The notes beneath the pieces are model-generated. The model did not search any database, was not told the DNA's origin, and was given only the letters and a program-made list of their open reading frames with translations. Made by a program: the position numbers and the translations under genes. This document shows positions 63,436-64,000 of a DNA stretch of 64,000 nucleotides, one piece after another. Within the stretch, counting starts at the first letter, position 1, and each line of letters opens with the position of its first letter. This stretch comes from an uncultured Alphaproteobacteria bacterium (lineage in GTDB: Bacteria; Pseudomonadota; Alphaproteobacteria; HIMB59; GCA-002718135), in assembly GCA_902573325.1 (NCBI GenBank), contig CACGJH010000005.1, forward strand, positions 21,388 through 85,387. Reading direction: 5' to 3'.

Positions 63436-64000
63436 TGCTACCTTCAGCCAAAAAATTTCTAGACATAACAAATAATACTTCACCCGATATTGCCGTAATT
63501 TTAGGAAGTGGACTAACCAATTTTTTTGAAGAAAAAGATATTCAAGAATCAATTTCATATGAACAGTTAGCTGATTTTCCACAGCCAACTGTAAAAGGTC
63601 ACGCAGGTAAATTAGTTTTAGGAAAAATAAATACTTTAAATGTTGTTTGTATGTATGGAAGATCGCATATTTATGAAGGACACAATCCCCAAAGCTTAGC
63701 TTCACCCATAAGAGTATTAAAGGACATTGGGTGCAAGTTATTAGTTGTTACAAATGCAGCAGGTAGTTTAGATGAAGCTATGCCGGCTGGTAGTCTAATG
63801 GCAATTAAAGATCATATTAACTGGAGTGGTTTCAATCCACTTATTGGACCCAATGCTGAAGAATATGGCCCTCGCTTTCATGATATGAGTGATGGGTATC
63901 ATAAGTTTTATAGAGATCAGTTAATGCAAGTCGCTAAAAAAATAGATCAAAAAATTTATGAAGGTATTTATTGTATGTATTCAGGACCAAATTTTGAAAC
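63435..64000 (+). CDS. punA: Purine nucleoside phosphorylase (trimeric PNP family); 3' end off the window
   Basis: Not in the ORF track. TAATG overlap with cdd. My translation is MLPSAKKFLDITNNTSPDIAVILGSGLTNFF...TVKGHAGKLVLGKINTLNVVCMYGRSHIYEG...VVTNAAGSL and stays open to 64000. Confidence 0.85.
   Translation, partial: MLPSAKKFLDITNNTSPDIAVILGSGLTNFFEEKDIQESISYEQLADFPQPTVKGHAGKLVLGKINTLNVVCMYGRSHIYEGHNPQSLASPIRVLKDIGCKLLVVTNAAGSLDEAMPAGSLMAIKDHINWSGFNPLIGPNAEEYGPRFHDMSDGYHKFYRDQLMQVAKKIDQKIYEGIYCMYSGPNFE

Overview
This window is a very AT-rich, tightly packed stretch of bacterial chromosome. G+C looks like roughly 30% by eye (not computed). I call about 69 protein-coding genes. Most intergenic gaps are under 100 bp, and many gene pairs share ATGA or TAATG start/stop overlaps. 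Gene content and order point to a streamlined alphaproteobacterium of the SAR11/Pelagibacterales type. One diagnostic block is leuS-lptE-holA / parB-parA-rsmG-mnmG-mnmE-rho / maf-aroE-coaE-dnaQ-Tim44-like-Smr, the conserved origin-proximal neighbourhood of Alphaproteobacteria. The other core blocks are:
- hslVU
- hisBH-GNAT-AFE-HIT
- rsmI/LpoA-like/BON
- rdgB-rph
- hrcA-grpE, dnaKJ, dapB
- single-chain pyruvate carboxylase
- upp plus a BMP-family nucleoside-type ABC transporter
- katG
- ribA-hisI-hemB-thrS-cysS
- a complete pabBAC-folPBK folate block
- a DUF1800/DUF1501 pair
- cdd-punA

I found no rRNA, tRNA, CRISPR array, transposase, integrase or prophage block, so this is core housekeeping DNA rather than an obvious accessory island.

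The leads most worth a second look are:
1. A fused double-PAP2 phosphatase with an ArnT-like GT-C transferase and a secreted protein, possibly an envelope or lipid A remodelling module.
2. A signal-less T4-lysozyme homologue sitting in the Tim44-like/Smr operon.
3. A Tat-signal DUF1501 paired with a signal-less DUF1800, a module of unknown function.
4. Two identical parS-like 12-mers at the mnmE/mnmG junction.
5. The rho|maf intergenic region as a candidate oriC that lacks recognisable DnaA boxes.
6. A GC-rich intercistronic hairpin covering the start codon of the ABC ATPase gene.
7. Head-to-head and tail-to-tail gene overlaps that leave no room for promoters or terminators.

All family assignments come from reading motifs and synteny by eye. 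No database search, HMM, RNA folding or GC-skew calculation was run.
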